From Mobula hypostoma (taxonomy: Eukaryota), in assembly GCF_963921235.1 (NCBI RefSeq), contig NC_086097.1, positions 41,480,001 through 41,544,000 of the forward strand: a DNA stretch of 64,000 bases, in the 5' to 3' direction. A program made the position numbers and the translations under genes. The notes beneath the pieces were generated by a model. That model made no database searches and was not told the DNA's origin. It was given only the letters and a program-made list of their open reading frames with translations. Every line of letters starts with the position of its first letter. Within the stretch, counting starts at the first letter, position 1. Positions 1-13,550 of the stretch are shown piece by piece.

Positions 1-1213
1 TCTATGGGTCTTTGTCCTTCCAAGCTGTAGAAGATTGAAAGATAGAGACAACGAAACATTGACTGATTGTTGGAAATGTATTTATAGATATAGTATGGTT
101 TGGAAACCTGGTGCTAGTGGAGAAGTGTGTGCATAATTCAAGACTGGATGCATCGGGCAGATTGTCTTATCCTCTACGAGCTTCCTGAATGATGCAATGT
201 GTCCATCCAGAGACGTGAATCACATTCCTGAGTTATTAATCTTGATAACATCAGTAATAAAAAACTACTGAAAGCAGATTACACAACGTTATTCTGACCT
301 TATTGGGAATTCCTCACTGACTCCTGACTTGCATGCTCAGTTTGAACCAGACAGGTATGGCCTCTGGTGGAAAGTTGCACTTGAAAGCAATATTGAAAGG
401 GCCTTGTGTGTGTCCTTGGAATTCCGAAATGATGCCTGTGCTAAGGGAACAGGGTAGGGGCTGGTGCAGAATCTTTTGCTGCAGGAATAGTACATCTGGA
501 TTTCACTATGAACAAGTATCAGTGAAATGCCATTTTGGAATCCATCACCTCAGCATCACTGTGCATCCTTTAGCAGAAGTGTGACCCTGACAGCAGGTGG
601 AGATGGACTGGCTGCATGAAGGAATTCCAACAGCCACTGTAGTGTAACTGTGCATCATCATTTCTATGGGCTCTCAGATGAATCCCCGTGGTGCCCTATT
701 GTTCTAGAGTTGTCTTGAATGTTCTATTAGCCACAATGATATCACCGTTTCAATTCTGTGACTTGATCTCAGCTTTATATTACCCCTTAATATCTCCTCA
801 AGACCTGTCTTCCATCAAACCTTGCTGTCCCGAGTTGAACCACACACTGCAAATGGGTTTCCAAAATCCTTTGTCTGAAGTCTGCTCAGAAGCCATTTTA
901 CTTTCCGCTCAAGGGTTAACCTGTTGCCCCAAATCCACTAGACCTTTCCTCCTTCACTACTGTATATAAATTTATTTCATTCATGTGCAAGTCAGGCCAG
1001 CAATGGAGGTAGAAATTTGCCTGTGTAACAATTGCTTTCTTGGTCTTAATACAGAATGGAGAGTTTAATCTTTCTTACATCAAGCTCAAAATGAAGCAAG
1101 TATTTTAAAGTGACTCTCCATCTCCAATTCCCCACGTTTTAACACAATTCTAAAAATAAACTGTTAGAGTAACTCTCACTGCTAATCAATCTCATTCTTT
1201 GCTTTCTCTTCAG

Positions 1214-1394
1214 ACTGGCCAGCAGCGCTGGTGGGAACAAGAAATCTCCATGAATACAATGATCCAGACAGGGGAGTTAATCACACACAATCTCACAGAA
1301 CTCCTGAAGCCGGAGGCCTACGAGGTTCGCCTGACACCTATTACACGATTCGGGGAAGGCGATTCCACCATCCGAGTCATTAAGTACACCGACG
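1214..1394 (+). CDS. MDGA2: MDGA2 internal coding exon (end of FN3 domain), phase 0 to 1
   Basis: Translates [60 protein letters not shown], matching recalled MDGA2 (WWEQEI...[39 protein letters not shown]). Pyrimidine tract and CAG acceptor at 1211-1213, donor G|GTAAGA at 1395. Length 181 nt. Confidence 0.93.
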
Positions 1395-2499
1395 GTAAGA
1401 ACTGTCATGCAATAGTATTTCGCATTCTGAAAATTGCTGCAGAGAGCCATGAAAATTTGAATTGCTTGAGGTAATTTCTGCAATTGATTTTTGTTGCACA
1501 TAGCTTTAAATCATAGAAACTAACATTAATATTACATGCACATATAAAGCAATCCATTTCCATGTTGATTTTAGTGAGCTGAAATACTCCTTGATTCTAT
1601 GTGACTCTTCATAATAGGATCTTGATAGGTTTTCATAGTATGGCTTTCAATGAATTACTAAATATATATCCAGTCTCCTGTACCAGAGTCTTCTCAAGAC
1701 ATGCAATGATATCAAAAAGTCACCAGTTATAAATTGCAAACAAAGCAATGGACATCAAAACAATATGAGTTGAAAGCCAAGCTGTGCAGCATTCCAGTAC
1801 TAGAACCTTTTGTGAATACTCTCACCTGTTCGTGCTACATTCAATATATTTTACCAGAAAATGAATTGCATAGCATCGTGTTTATATGCTCAACCCACTC
1901 CAATGTTAATGAAAAATAAATCTTATGGAAAATGGGAATGTAGCTGTACAATTCCACACAGTTGATGGTCCTGACACCTTTGTCGACCTCTCTTTACTGG
2001 CCCCACACAAACTTCACCCACCAATGTGGGCTCCTCCACTGTGATCAGACCTAACCTTTCAATTACCAACCTCAATCTCATAAACTCTCCAACTACAATC
2101 AACCTTAACCCCTCTGTCCATACACGTCATCCTGTCCACCTATGATCAGCTTTCTAGCCACTGATCTTGACCCTTCCGCTCATAATTAGGCCTGACACGG
2201 CCACAGATTGCATTAATGTTATTAGCCTCCTGATCTTCCTTCCAACCCTTTGCAATTTCTCACCCCACCTCTGCACAATCTCTGCTCTCTCACCCTCACA
2301 AGTCAACTTGCAGAGTTTCCAGTGCACAATCTGCAATATCAAGCATGAAAAGCAAAGGCCTATGCTCACTCAGTCTTGGAGCTTGCTGTATTGGTAAATT
2401 TCCCAGAACTTACAGTTGGTTCATGCAAAGTCTTTATGAGATCACTGCGAATAACCTGTTTAACGCGCCTAAACAAGCATCTTCAAATCCCCAGGCAAC

Positions 2500-3550
2500 A
2501 GACAATTGATGAAGGTAGAGCGGTGGATGTGGTGTATATAGATTTTACTAAGGCGTATGACAAGTTGCTCCATGGTTGGCTCTTACAGCAAGTCATGAGG
2601 CATGGGATTGATGAAAATTTGGCTGTGTAGATTTGGAACTGGCTAGGCCACGGAAGGCGGAGAATGGCAGTAGGTGGAGCATATTCTGCCTAGATGTTGG
2701 TGACTAGTGGAGTTCTGCGGGGATCTATTCTGGGAACTCTGAACTTTGACTTTTTTTTATAATTGACTTGAATAAGGAAGTGGAAGGGTATGTTAGTAAG
2801 TTTACAGATGACATGAAAATTGGTGGTGTTGTTGTTGGTGTGGAAGGTTGTGTTAAGTTACAAAGGTACATGTTGCAGGATGCAGAGCTGGTTGGAGATT
2901 TAGCTGATGGAGTTCAATCTGGAAACATGTCAAATGAAGATCAAAGCTGAAGGCAAAGTACAATGACAGGGTCCAAATCCATAGATATCTCAAAGTTGAG
3001 ATGTAAAGGCAGTGTATGGAATATTGGCCTTCATTAGTCAGGGGATTGAGCTCAAGAGCTGTGAGATTATTTTGCAGCTGTATAAAACTTGTTAAACCAC
3101 CCTCAGAATATTATATTCAGTTCCAGTCACCTCATTTTAGAACGCTTCAGAGAGGGTGCAGAGGGTTGTCAGGATGTTGCCTGGATTAGAGAATATGAGG
3201 ATAGGTTTAGTGAGCTAGGGAGTTTCTCTTTAGAGCGAAGGAGGACGAGAGGTGATTTTGTATGAGAGGCATAGCAGAGTGGCCAGGCAGCGTGTTTCCC
3301 AGGGTTGCAATGGCCAATACGAGAAGACATCTGTTAAAGCTAAGCGGGGTGAAAGTTTAGGGGAAATCAGAGGCAGTTTCTGCCCCCACCCCACACAGAG
3401 GATGCATGGAACACACTACCTGAGGTGGTAGTAGAGGCCAATGAGGGACATTTAAGAGACTCTTAGAAAGGCAAATGAATACAAGAAAAATGAAGGCTTA
3501 TGGACTATACAAGAGGAAAGACTTGGATACGATGGTGGAATAGGTTAATG
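2500..3550 (+). mobile_element. Degenerate CR1-type LINE, RT and 3' part
   Basis: IDEGRAVDVVYIDFTKAYDK and VSKFTDDMKIGG motifs, broken by frameshifts and stops. Confidence 0.85.
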
Positions 3551-3619
3551 TACACTCAATGTCCAATTAGGGATACCTGTACACTTGCTCATTAATGTAA
3601 ATATATAATCAGCCAATCA

Positions 3620-4307
3620 AGTAACATACACAAAATGCTGGAGGAACCCAGCAGGCCAGGCAGCAACTATAGAAAAATGTACAGTCAACATTTCGGGCCG
3701 AAATGCTTTGGCAGGACTGGAGAAAAAAAAGCTGAGGAGTAGATTTAAAAGGTAGGGGGAGGAGAGAGAAAATCACAAGATAAGTGAAACCTGGAGGGAG
3801 AGGAATGAAGTAAAGAGCTGGGAAGTTGATTGGTGGGGTGAAGTGAGAGAGGGAAAAGGGGATGGGAAATGGAGAAGAAGGGTGGGGGGTGGTTGTGGGC
3901 ATTATCGGAAGTCTGAGAAATCGATGTTCCTGCCATCAGGTTGGAGGTTACCCAAATGGAATATAAAGTGACATTCCTCCAACCTAAGTGTGGCCTCATC
4001 ATGACAGTGGAGGAGGCCATGGATGGACATATCGGAATGGGAATGGGAAGTGGAATTAAAGTGGGTGGCCACTGGGAGATTCCGCTTGTTCTGGCGGATG
4101 GAGTGTAGGTGCTTGGTGAAGCTGTGTCCCGACCTAAGTATCTACGTTAAGTTTCACCGATGTACAGGAGGTCACACCAGGAGCACTGAACACAGTAAAT
4201 GACTCACAGGTGAAGTTTCATCTCACCTGAAAGGACTGTTTAGGGCCCTGGATGGTAGCGAGGAAGAAGGTGTAGGGGCAGGTGTAGCACTTGTTCCGCT
4301 TGCAAGG
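3620..4307 (-). mobile_element. Penelope-like (GIY-YIG) retroelement 3' fragment
   Basis: Minus strand resembles the LEEQHLIFRLGxLQPDGxNIDF C-terminus, followed by a pyrimidine-rich region and the acacaaaatgctggagga terminal motif. Flanked by ATCAGCCAATCA at 3608-3619 and 4308-4319. Confidence 0.7.
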
Positions 4308-4417
4308 ATCAGCCAATCATGTGGCAGCAATTCAATGCATAAAAGAATGCAGACATGGTCAAAAGATTCATTTGTTCTTCAGGCCAAACATCAGAAGAGA
4401 TAAGAAATGTGATCTAA

Positions 4418-5341
4418 ATAATTTTGCTGATGACACAAAAGTTGGTGGTGTTGTGGATAGTCTGGAGGGTTGTCAGAGGTTCCAGCATGAAATCAATAGG
4501 ATGCAAACCTGGGCTGAGAAGTAGCAGATGGACTTCAACTCAGATAAGTGCGATGTTGTTCAAACCGATAGATCAAATTTGAAGAATTTGAATATAATAT
4601 TAATGGAAAGACTCTTGGCAGTGAGAAAGATCAACGAGATCTTGGGGTCCTTGTCCATAGGACATGCAAAGCTGCTGCACAGGTTGACAGTTTTGTTAAG
4701 AAGATGTATGGTGTGATGACCTTCATCAACTGTGGGATTGAGTTCAAGAGCCATGAGGTAATGTTACAGCTATATAAGACCTTGGTGAGACCCCACTTGG
4801 GGTACTGTGTTCAGTTATGGTCACCTTACTACAGGAAGGATGTGGATACTATAGAGAGAGTGCAGAGGAGATTTACAAGGATGTTGACTGGATTGGAGAG
4901 CGTGCCTTATGAGAACAGGTTGAATGAATTTAGCCTTTTCTCTTTGAAGTGATGGAGGATGAGAAGTGACCTGACAGATGTGTATAAGATGATGAGAAGC
5001 ATTGATTGTGCAGATAGCGAGAGGATTTTTCCCTGGGCTGAAATGGCTGAGACAAGGGGGCATAGTTTTAAGGTACTTGGAAGCAGGTACAAGGGGGGTG
5101 TCAGAGTTAAGTTTTTCACACAGAGAGTGGTGGGTGTGTGGAATGCACTGGCAGCGATGGTGGTAGAAGCAGATACATTAGAGTCTTTTAAGAGATTCTT
5201 TGATAGGTACATGGAGCTTAGAAAAATAGAGGGCATATAGAAAATAGGGAAAGTTTCTAGAGTAGGTTACGTGGTCGGCACAACATTGTGGGCCAAAGGG
5301 CCTGTAATGTGCTGTAGATTTCTATGTTTCTACGTTTCTAA
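4418..5341 (+). mobile_element. 5'-truncated CR1 LINE
   Basis: FADDTKVGGVVDS, LYKTLVRPHLGYCVQLWSP and FFTQRVVGVWNAL motifs. 3' tail of ttctatgt-like repeats. Confidence 0.92.
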
Positions 5342-8335
5342 GTTATTTTGACGATTGAAGGATTGTTGGTAACAGATGGAGTTCTGATTAGCTCAGAAAC
5401 TGCTGCACTCCTAGGATTTTCACACACAACCGTCTCTGGAGTTTACAGAGAATGGTGCAAGGAATATAAAACATCTAGTGAGCTGTGGCTCTGCAGGCAA
5501 AGACACCTTGTTAATGAGAGAGGTCAGAAGGAAATGGCCAGACTGGTTCAAGCTGACAGGAAGGCAACAGCAACTCAAATAACCACACGTTACAACAATG
5601 GTGTTAAGAAGAGTGTCTCTGAACACATGAAATGTTAAGCCTTGAAGTGGGAGACCATGAACATACACTCAATGGCCATTTTATTAGTTATAGGCAATAC
5701 CACAACAAGGGACTGTACTGTGCCGTGTTCTCTGTTTAGTAAAGAGTTACTATTTGTTAACTGCTGAGGATTGTTCCTTTTACATGGATATCAAACAATG
5801 AAAGTTTTTAATTATAGTGTCCTTTATTACTTCAGGCCATCTAAAACCTGTTTCAACTATTTAAACATAGCATTACATGTATTGAAGTGCACCTCACTAC
5901 ACAGCAAGGTCCTGAAATCTACCGAAATATTGAACAGATAAGTTGTTTAGTGATGTTGGATGGAGGGCTTCGAAACTGCCAGGCATCTTGTACATCCATC
6001 TGGGAAGGCAGGGAGGAACTCAGTGAAACAAATCACCTGAAAGACCTCACCTCTGATAGTGCAGGACTCCCTCCAATCTGCACTGGAGTGCCTGCGTCAA
6101 TTACCTGAAGTTCAAGTTCAAGTTTAATTGTCATTGAACCATACACATGGTAAATGAAACAGCATCCTTCCAGGACCAAGGTGCAAAATGCAGAACCAAC
6201 AGTCACACACAGCACACAGAGCTATGATAGCTGAAAACCATAGAGTCACAAAAAATGCAAACTGATGGTGTAATAGTCCTCATCATGCACCAGTGCAGCT
6301 GCAGATGAATGCATTCCAACTTACAAGCCCTAGAGAAGTGCTTGAACCCACGCAACCCGCTGACCAATAACTTTTGCTGAGCAAGGTGTCATTATATTTG
6401 TCCAGCAGAATAACTACTTCATCTTATCCCAAGAATTTTCTTAACTTTTGGACTCCAAGTTTCAGATGACTTTATTCATCTTTGAACAATTCTAACATAA
6501 CCTTCTTCCAATGCAAAGTTCAAAGTAAATTTGAGATTCATTTTTGCAGGTATTCACAGTTGAATAGAATCAATAAAAAACTACACACAAAGACTAACAA
6601 TGAATGTGCAAAAGATGAAAAATGCAAATAAAAAGTTTATAAGTACTGACAAATAATGTTTACATCCATGAAAGGAATATCATGTTACTGTGCACTGAAT
6701 AATTTATTCGAATTGTATAAAATCAGCTTGACCAACACCAATGCAACAGAAATATTGCATCACAAATATATGATGTGGTCGCAGTTAGAAATATACAAAG
6801 GTCATGGTAATGAATGAATAAGTAAAAGCTCCAGTTATCGTGTCCATAGGTTCCTTTCTGAATAGATGTCATTAACCTGAAACAGTAACTCTGTTCCTCT
6901 GTTCACAGATTCTGCCTGTCCTGTTGATTATTTCCAATAATTGGTTTCATTTCATATTTCATGCACCTGCAGTTATAGTTCTTCAAAACAAGTTCCATCC
7001 AGCCGGAGTAATTGACGTTGCCCTGATGGGTGGCAATAATTTATTTATTTACTTAGTGACACTGCATGGAACAGGCCCTTGCTTGAAGCTCTCAGAAACC
7101 AATGCCTAGCTCACTGCCTTTTGAAATTCTTTCAATCTTTAGCTACAGGAGCAGCTTAGCTAATTCGAGCTAATTGTGGATCAGGCAGCATTTTGGGGGG
7201 AGTTTCTAGCTTTAAGCAGCTACACCATACATATTTTCCATTTATAAATACTAAGCTGGTTTTTATGGGAGAAAGTGGCTTGCTACTTGATGTTGGTACT
7301 GTTAATTCTCAAGAGACCCAGCAAGATGTTTCTGTTCATTTGTTTAGCAGATTTCCCTTAACATTGTGCACTATTTGTAGAAAAAGTTCTTGTAATAGTA
7401 ACACAGCTTACAACAATTGAAAGCTCAGTATAAAGTAATAAGGTGCTCAATATATATTAAGATTTTCATTTACAACATCTGGAAAATTAGTGGCAATATT
7501 ATACAAATGTTTTGGCTACAAGAGGATGTCATTTATTAAGCAAAATGTTATAATTTCCAATTCTATACGCAATGTATAATTGGACTAAATTGCCAATACT
7601 TACGCTAACAGGATGTTGCTATTACCCCAAAAGTGCTTTTATAAGTTATTGTAATATTTGTGTTCATGTAATGATTGGGATTAGCAAAAGAGACTGAAAA
7701 CACAACTATTACTTGTTCCTGGGGCTTGATCCAAAAGTTATTAACATTGAAGTTTAAGATTTTTTGTTGCTAAGTCTGAAATCCTAACCCAATGTTATTA
7801 TAGATGACTGAAGCAATCCTATTGGACACTGTACTGTAATGTCTAGAAACTAATCAAATGCAATCAATGCAATGAGTTCTGGATGCAGGATATAATGCGC
7901 CAACAGGACTATATTGCAGCTAGTAACTGGAAATATATTTCAAGGCAAAATTTCTTATGTGAGCTTTATGGAATTGCTAAATGATACCAAGAGTTGGCTT
8001 GAACATTGGGTTAATTTTGGCATGGCAACAACATATCTGTCAAATGACTTTTAAAAAGTCTCAGTGACTTATTTAAGAAGCCAAGAGTTTATACCCAATT
8101 TGGGTAAGCAAGCATTAATTGTGTGTTTGTGTTTCTTCCATACCTAGTTCTTCAATTAAACCATTGTTTTACTTTCTGAGTAACGCACAAAATGCTGGCA
8201 GAACTCAGCAGGTCAAGGAGCATTTATGGAGAGGAATAAAAAGCTGATGTTTCAGACTGAGACCCTTCTTTGGAACCGAAACTTCAACTGTATACTCCTC
8301 TCCATAGATGCTGCCTGACCTGCTAAGCTATATTT

Positions 8336-11186
8336 TGTTTTATAACGCCAAAATATAATACTAATTTAAAGAAAATGCAGAGCCAGGAGATCCATTTCTA
8401 TTTCATTTTTACTTTAGTGAGGCATGGACTTATGATATAGTGGCGAAATGACATAGGCCATTCAGAAACGTATAACGCATAATGAATTATTTAAACAATA
8501 AAGAATGCTAATCAAGCAATATATTCACAATATTACTCAAATATTCATAACACTCCTTTCAGCTGAGCAATAACCTCCAAAGCAATATAGAATGCATCTC
8601 AACTTGTATACATATATACAGTATTTATACTAGGTAATACAGCTACTATGTTCGGGCTGACCGAAAGTGCACTGAGAGTGGTAAGCGTAAAGGAGTTGGG
8701 GGTTTACTGTTCTGGTTAACAATGGATGGTGCAATCCTGGTCATATTACGATCGAGGAACGTGTTTGTAGACTGGATATTGAACTTTTTTCTGTTGGACT
8801 CCAGCCATATTCCACCCAGATACAACACTGGGCGTCATGGGAGGTTGTTCCTGCCTGTGGCCATCGGACTTTGCAGCATCTCCCGTGGAGGGTCAGACAC
8901 CCTGAGCCAATAGGCTGGTCCCGGACTTATTTCCATCTGGCATGGTTTGCATTTTGTTGTTTGATTGTTTGTGGTCTTTGTATTGCTATATTTATGCTCT
9001 ATTCTTGGTTGGTGCGGCTGTAACGATTTCCCTCAGGATCAATAAAGTATATCTATCTATCTATCTATGTGAACATCCACAGCATAGTAAATTTTAAATA
9101 GTCCTATGCAGGCCTTAAGACTGTGGAGGATTCCTTACTCTTGTAGGTTATTATCTTTCTTGACAATGGGAGATACTCTCCTTGGCAGAGAGCCTTGTGT
9201 CTGTGAAACAGCCTCAGTTTCTGGGGTGTTCTCCATGGGGATTGTAGGAGGTGACTCTGGGACTGTAGGAAGTGGTTCTGGCCACTTTTTTTTCTGGATG
9301 TGTTGGCATTGTGAACAGTGCATGGCAAGCTGCTAGATCTCCTGATCTATCCCAGGCCACTAGACAAAGCTTCGAGCCAACGCTTTCATTTTGACTATGC
9401 CTAGATGACTAGCATGTACCTCTTTCAACACTTTAGCTCTCAGCTTGAAAAGTACAACAACTCTGAATCCCCACATAAAGCAATCTCCATTAATAGCAAG
9501 TTCATCCCAACGAAATTTTCATTTAGCACTATTTAACCCTCGTTATGTTTGAGTTTTCCAATGCCATCCTTGAATACTGCTGTGTCATCATCAAGTAGCT
9601 TTCTTAATTCACTTTCAGTTGACTCTATTGCAGGGGATGTGGCATGCAGATGGTAGATGGATCTCCAATCAAGTTATAGTTGTTTTAGCCAATCACAGCC
9701 CCACAATGCTGGCCCTGTTAAATTTACCATATGCTGTACAAGCCCAATGTGGCTTGTTGGCTGTATTTCACGTTATGAATGTCATTCCTGCAGGAGTTAT
9801 CTTTTATCCAGTATAAGTTCTTCGATAGTTATCTTCAGGTTTTAGTTCAGTATCTTTTAAATGCCATTCAAACTCATTTAGAGGACTGACTGAAACAGTC
9901 TAATTCCGTTTTAATTAATTTGCTGTTCATTTCTGGTGTAAGCCATATTGTTTGTCTCTTGTTAGTTTTCACATTGTAAATCTAAGGCTATTGTGTCCTG
10001 TGTCACTCTCATCATTATCAGATTTTTCACCAACACATGCAGATTAGTGCTCTTTTTGAAACTGCAACTTGCCTTTTTATCTTTTCCTCTTCCCTGTGGT
10101 GACTATTCATTTTTGTCGACCGAGTATGCTGTTTGTATGTGTCCTACTTTGTTTCATTGTCTGCAAGTTTTGCCCTTAACCCTGCATTAGTCTGGTGTAT
10201 ATGAGCCCCTACCACAATGGTAACACAATTTATTCGGCCAGACAGGTCCCTGTTTAGACAGAGCCATTTTACTCATGCTCACTTTCATTTCTGACTACAA
10301 CCTAATTGCATCTCTGTCTGCTGTTTCCATTGATACAGCAATTTCAACTGCTCTTTTAAATGTAAGTCCTGTTTCAGCTAGGAGCCATTTTTGAATTCTT
10401 TCTTGTAAGATTCTACAAACTAAATAATCTCTTAGAGCATCATTAAGCACATCACTGAACTGAAAATGCTCACAATGTTTTCAGTTCATCCACCTATGCT
10501 GAAATGGACTCCCCTTCCATTTGATTCTGCTTATGAAACCCAAAGTGATCTGCAGTCGACAATGGTTTCAGTTCGAAATGTTCCTCCATTACTATCACAA
10601 TATCAGCAAAGCTCATTTTGACTGGTTTGCTTAGCACAGTCAAACAACTAAGCAAACCGTATGCTCTTCCAACTACTACATTCAGCAAAAATGGCACTCG
10701 TTTCTCATTGGCAATTTTGTTTTCTTCAAAATACTGCTCAACTCACTCAGTATACAATATCCAGTTATCACTTGTGCAATCGAATGTATCTATCTTTCGA
10801 ATGTAGACAGCTATTTTTGCTCTTTTTTATTTATGATTATTATTACCCAGTTTGTGAAACCCTGAACTTTGGCTATTTTCTGCTTTTTCTTTAACTCGAC
10901 TATTTCTGTCCCTTCCCAAAGAAGCATGTGCTATTTTTTTTAAACTCGAACGTCTGGCTGCGTTTCAACAGGTAGGTTGTTGTCTTGGGTTTGTTTTTAA
11001 AGTTACTCATTGCTACTGTTTTGTTTAGTATCTCCAAAGCAAGCATGCAGATATGAAGTGAAGATGTAATGTAATGTATGCTGTTCATGTACATTAACCG
11101 ACAATGAATCATTTAAACACAAAGAATGCTTTGTCAAAGAATATATTTACAATATTAAACAAGTATTACTAAAATATTAAATAAGA
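8336..11186 (-). mobile_element. Old, internally deleted gypsy-type LTR retrotransposon
   Basis: Diverged LTRs of about 170-220 bp (8336-8552 and ~11017-11186) share atgaat.atttaaaca..aaagaatgct...caatatta. Gag remnant (VPFLLNVVVGRAYGLL, FHKQNQMEGESISA). Integrase Zn-finger remnant (LARSFV.WPGID..MHCSQCQH). Inserted into a SINE-like repeat that resumes at ~11187. Confidence 0.75.
8790..9068 (+). mobile_element. LINE 3' end fragment with (ctat)n tail nested in the LTR element
   Basis: RHGRLFLPVAIGL C-terminal motif, then aataaagta followed by (tcta)n. Confidence 0.6.
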
Positions 11187-12164
11187 AGTTCCTCCAACAT
11201 TTTACATGCATTCTTGTGGATTTCCAGCATTTACAGAATCTCCTGTCTGAATACTTTCTGAATACGTTTCCAGTTTTCTTTCTTTCTTACACTCTATATT
11301 TTCTCTCCTTGTCTGGTTGATATTCTCCTATGAATCTGCCCTCCTTTTTTTCTTCTGAATCTGCCTAACTCACCTGCTTTGCTTGTCCATCAATCTCTGT
11401 TAATATTTTCCGGCTCAAGTTTAGGAACAGCAGTGCAATGGCTGCTGGACGCATTCTGGGAAGGAGCTTAGTCAGCAGCCAAACTTAGAAACCATAGAAA
11501 AACTACAGTACAGAAACAGGCCTTTTGACCCTTCTTGGCGGAAGATTTTTTCAAACTGTCCTGCACATTCTCTATAACTCTACCCCACAATACAAAGAAA
11601 TTATTGTCTCCTGGCCAGTTCTGTGGGGACCACTGCCTTGTGTTGATGGGCATTTTGTTTCCCCTGTCTGTCTCATGCATGGGCTTCTCTAATAATCTCT
11701 AGGCTTCATCAGTTTATAAATTAGTTGTGCAGTTTCAACATTATTTTTGTGACAGAAGTTAGTTTTAACATACCTTCTTCAAGTTATTGAAAAATCCCAA
11801 GATGTCACAAAAGAGATAAAACAATTTTTGAATGTCTTGAAATGAAGCATCAGTTTTAGAAAGTATTTTTCTTTCATCAGAGTGGCAAGCATCTGGTGTT
11901 TCCTGTATTACTGTAACCAGCCTTGCAATTGCTAACAATTTAGGTAACCCCTCTTCCAAATGTGGACATGGAGCTCTCTTCAATTTTATGTATTTTTGTT
12001 CCCTCAATTGCTCTCTGTCCTGAATGTGTTTGCTCTGGGGCACATTGAATGCGATCATGTGCAACACAGCTCGATGGATACAATTAAATATTCCCATTTC
12101 ATCCTTATTCTGCTGAAAATCACAACTGCTTCTATGGTCTGTACAGTTAATAGAGACAACAATT

Positions 12165-13550
12165 GTACCAGTGCCCAAGCAGAGTAATGTGAGCTGCCTT
12201 AATGACTATTGCCCAGTAGCATTCATATTTACAGTGAGGAAATGCATTACGGTTGCTCATGGCTAGAATCAACTCCTGCCTCAGCAAGGACCTAGACCTA
12301 TTGCAATCTGCCTATATCAATATATCAATGGTAGATGCAAACTCAATGACTCTTCACATGGCCTTAGACCACCTGGACAACACAAACTCCTATGTCAGGA
12401 TGCTGTTCATTGACTATAGCTCAGCATTTAATACCATCATTCCCACAATCCTGATAGAGAAGTTGCAGAACCTAGGCCTTTGTACTTCCCTCTGCAATTG
12501 GATCCTTGACTTTCTAACCATTACTACACAATCTGAGTGGATTGGTGATAACTTCTGCTACTCGCTGATGATCAACACTGGTGCACCTCAGGGGTATGTG
12601 CTTAGCCCACTGCTCTACTCTCTCTATACCCATGTCTGTGTGGTTAGGCATAGCTCAAATACTATCTATAAAATTGCTGATGATACAACCATTGTTGGTA
12701 GAATCTCAGGTGCTGACGAGAAGACGTACTGGAGTGAAATATGCCAACTAGTGGAGTGATGCCACAGCAACAACTTGGCATTCAACGTAAGTAAGACAAA
12801 AGAGTGATTGTGGACTTCTGAAAGCATAAGACAGAGGAAAACATACCAAATCCTCATAGAGGGATCAGATATGGAGAGAGTGAGCAGTTTCAAGTTCCTG
12901 GGTGTCAAGATCTCTGAGGATCTAACCTGGTCCCAACATATCGATGTGGTTATAAAGAAGGCGAGACAGTGTCTATACTTCATTAGGAGTTTGAAGAGAT
13001 TTTGTATGTCAACAAATACACTCAAAAACTTCTATGGTTGTACCATAGAGAACATGCTAACAGGCTGCATCGCTGTCTGGTATGGTGGGAGGGGGGGGCT
13101 ACTGCATAGGACCGAAAGAAGCTACAGAAAATGCTAAAATTAGTCAGCCCCATCCTAGGTTCTAGCTCTGTAGTATAAAGGAAGAGTGTGTCAGCAAGCC
13201 GACATCCATTATCAAGAACCCTTATCACCAGGGCATGCCCCGTTCTCACTGTTACCATCAGAAAGGAGGTACAGAAGCCTGAAGGCACACTCTCAGCAAT
13301 TCAGGAACAGCTTCTTCCCCTCTGCCATACAACTCCTAAAAGGACATTGAATCCATGAATACTACCCCTCACTTTTTAAAAAATATATATTATTTCTGTT
13401 TTTGCACTTTTTAAAATCAATTTAATATACTTTCTGTCAGTAATTTACTTTTTTTATATATATTATCATGTTTTGCATTGCACTGCTGCTGCTTGGTTAA
13501 CAAATTTCGCAACACATGCCAGTGATTATAAACCTGATGCTGATTCTTCT
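12165..13550 (+). mobile_element. Rex1/Babar- or L2-like LINE, truncated RT and 3' end
   Basis: VRMLFIDYSSAFNTI, GAPQGYVLSPLLYSLYTH, KIADDTTIVG, VSSFKFLGVKISEDLTWS and KARQCLYFIRSL motifs. Tail aaacctgatgctgattct. Confidence 0.88.

Larger units (their letters stand above)
3551..5700 (+). mobile_element. Tc1-like non-autonomous element split in three (about 3551-3619, 4308-4417, 5342-5700) by nested insertions
   Basis: tacactcaatg... terminus. HTH remnant ISSETAALLGFSHTTVSGVYREW...RHLVNERGQKEMARLVQADRKATATQITTRYN (5348-5638). Sequence resumes across both inserts. Confidence 0.75.

Noticed and set aside
1395..1474. ORF extension past the MDGA2 exon (KNCHAIVF...)
   Set aside because: Read-through into the intron beyond a good GTAAGA donor, and similarity to MDGA2 ends there.
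11765..12178. 137-aa ORF on the minus strand
   Set aside because: No recognisable motif or convincing splice structure. Probably a chance ORF.
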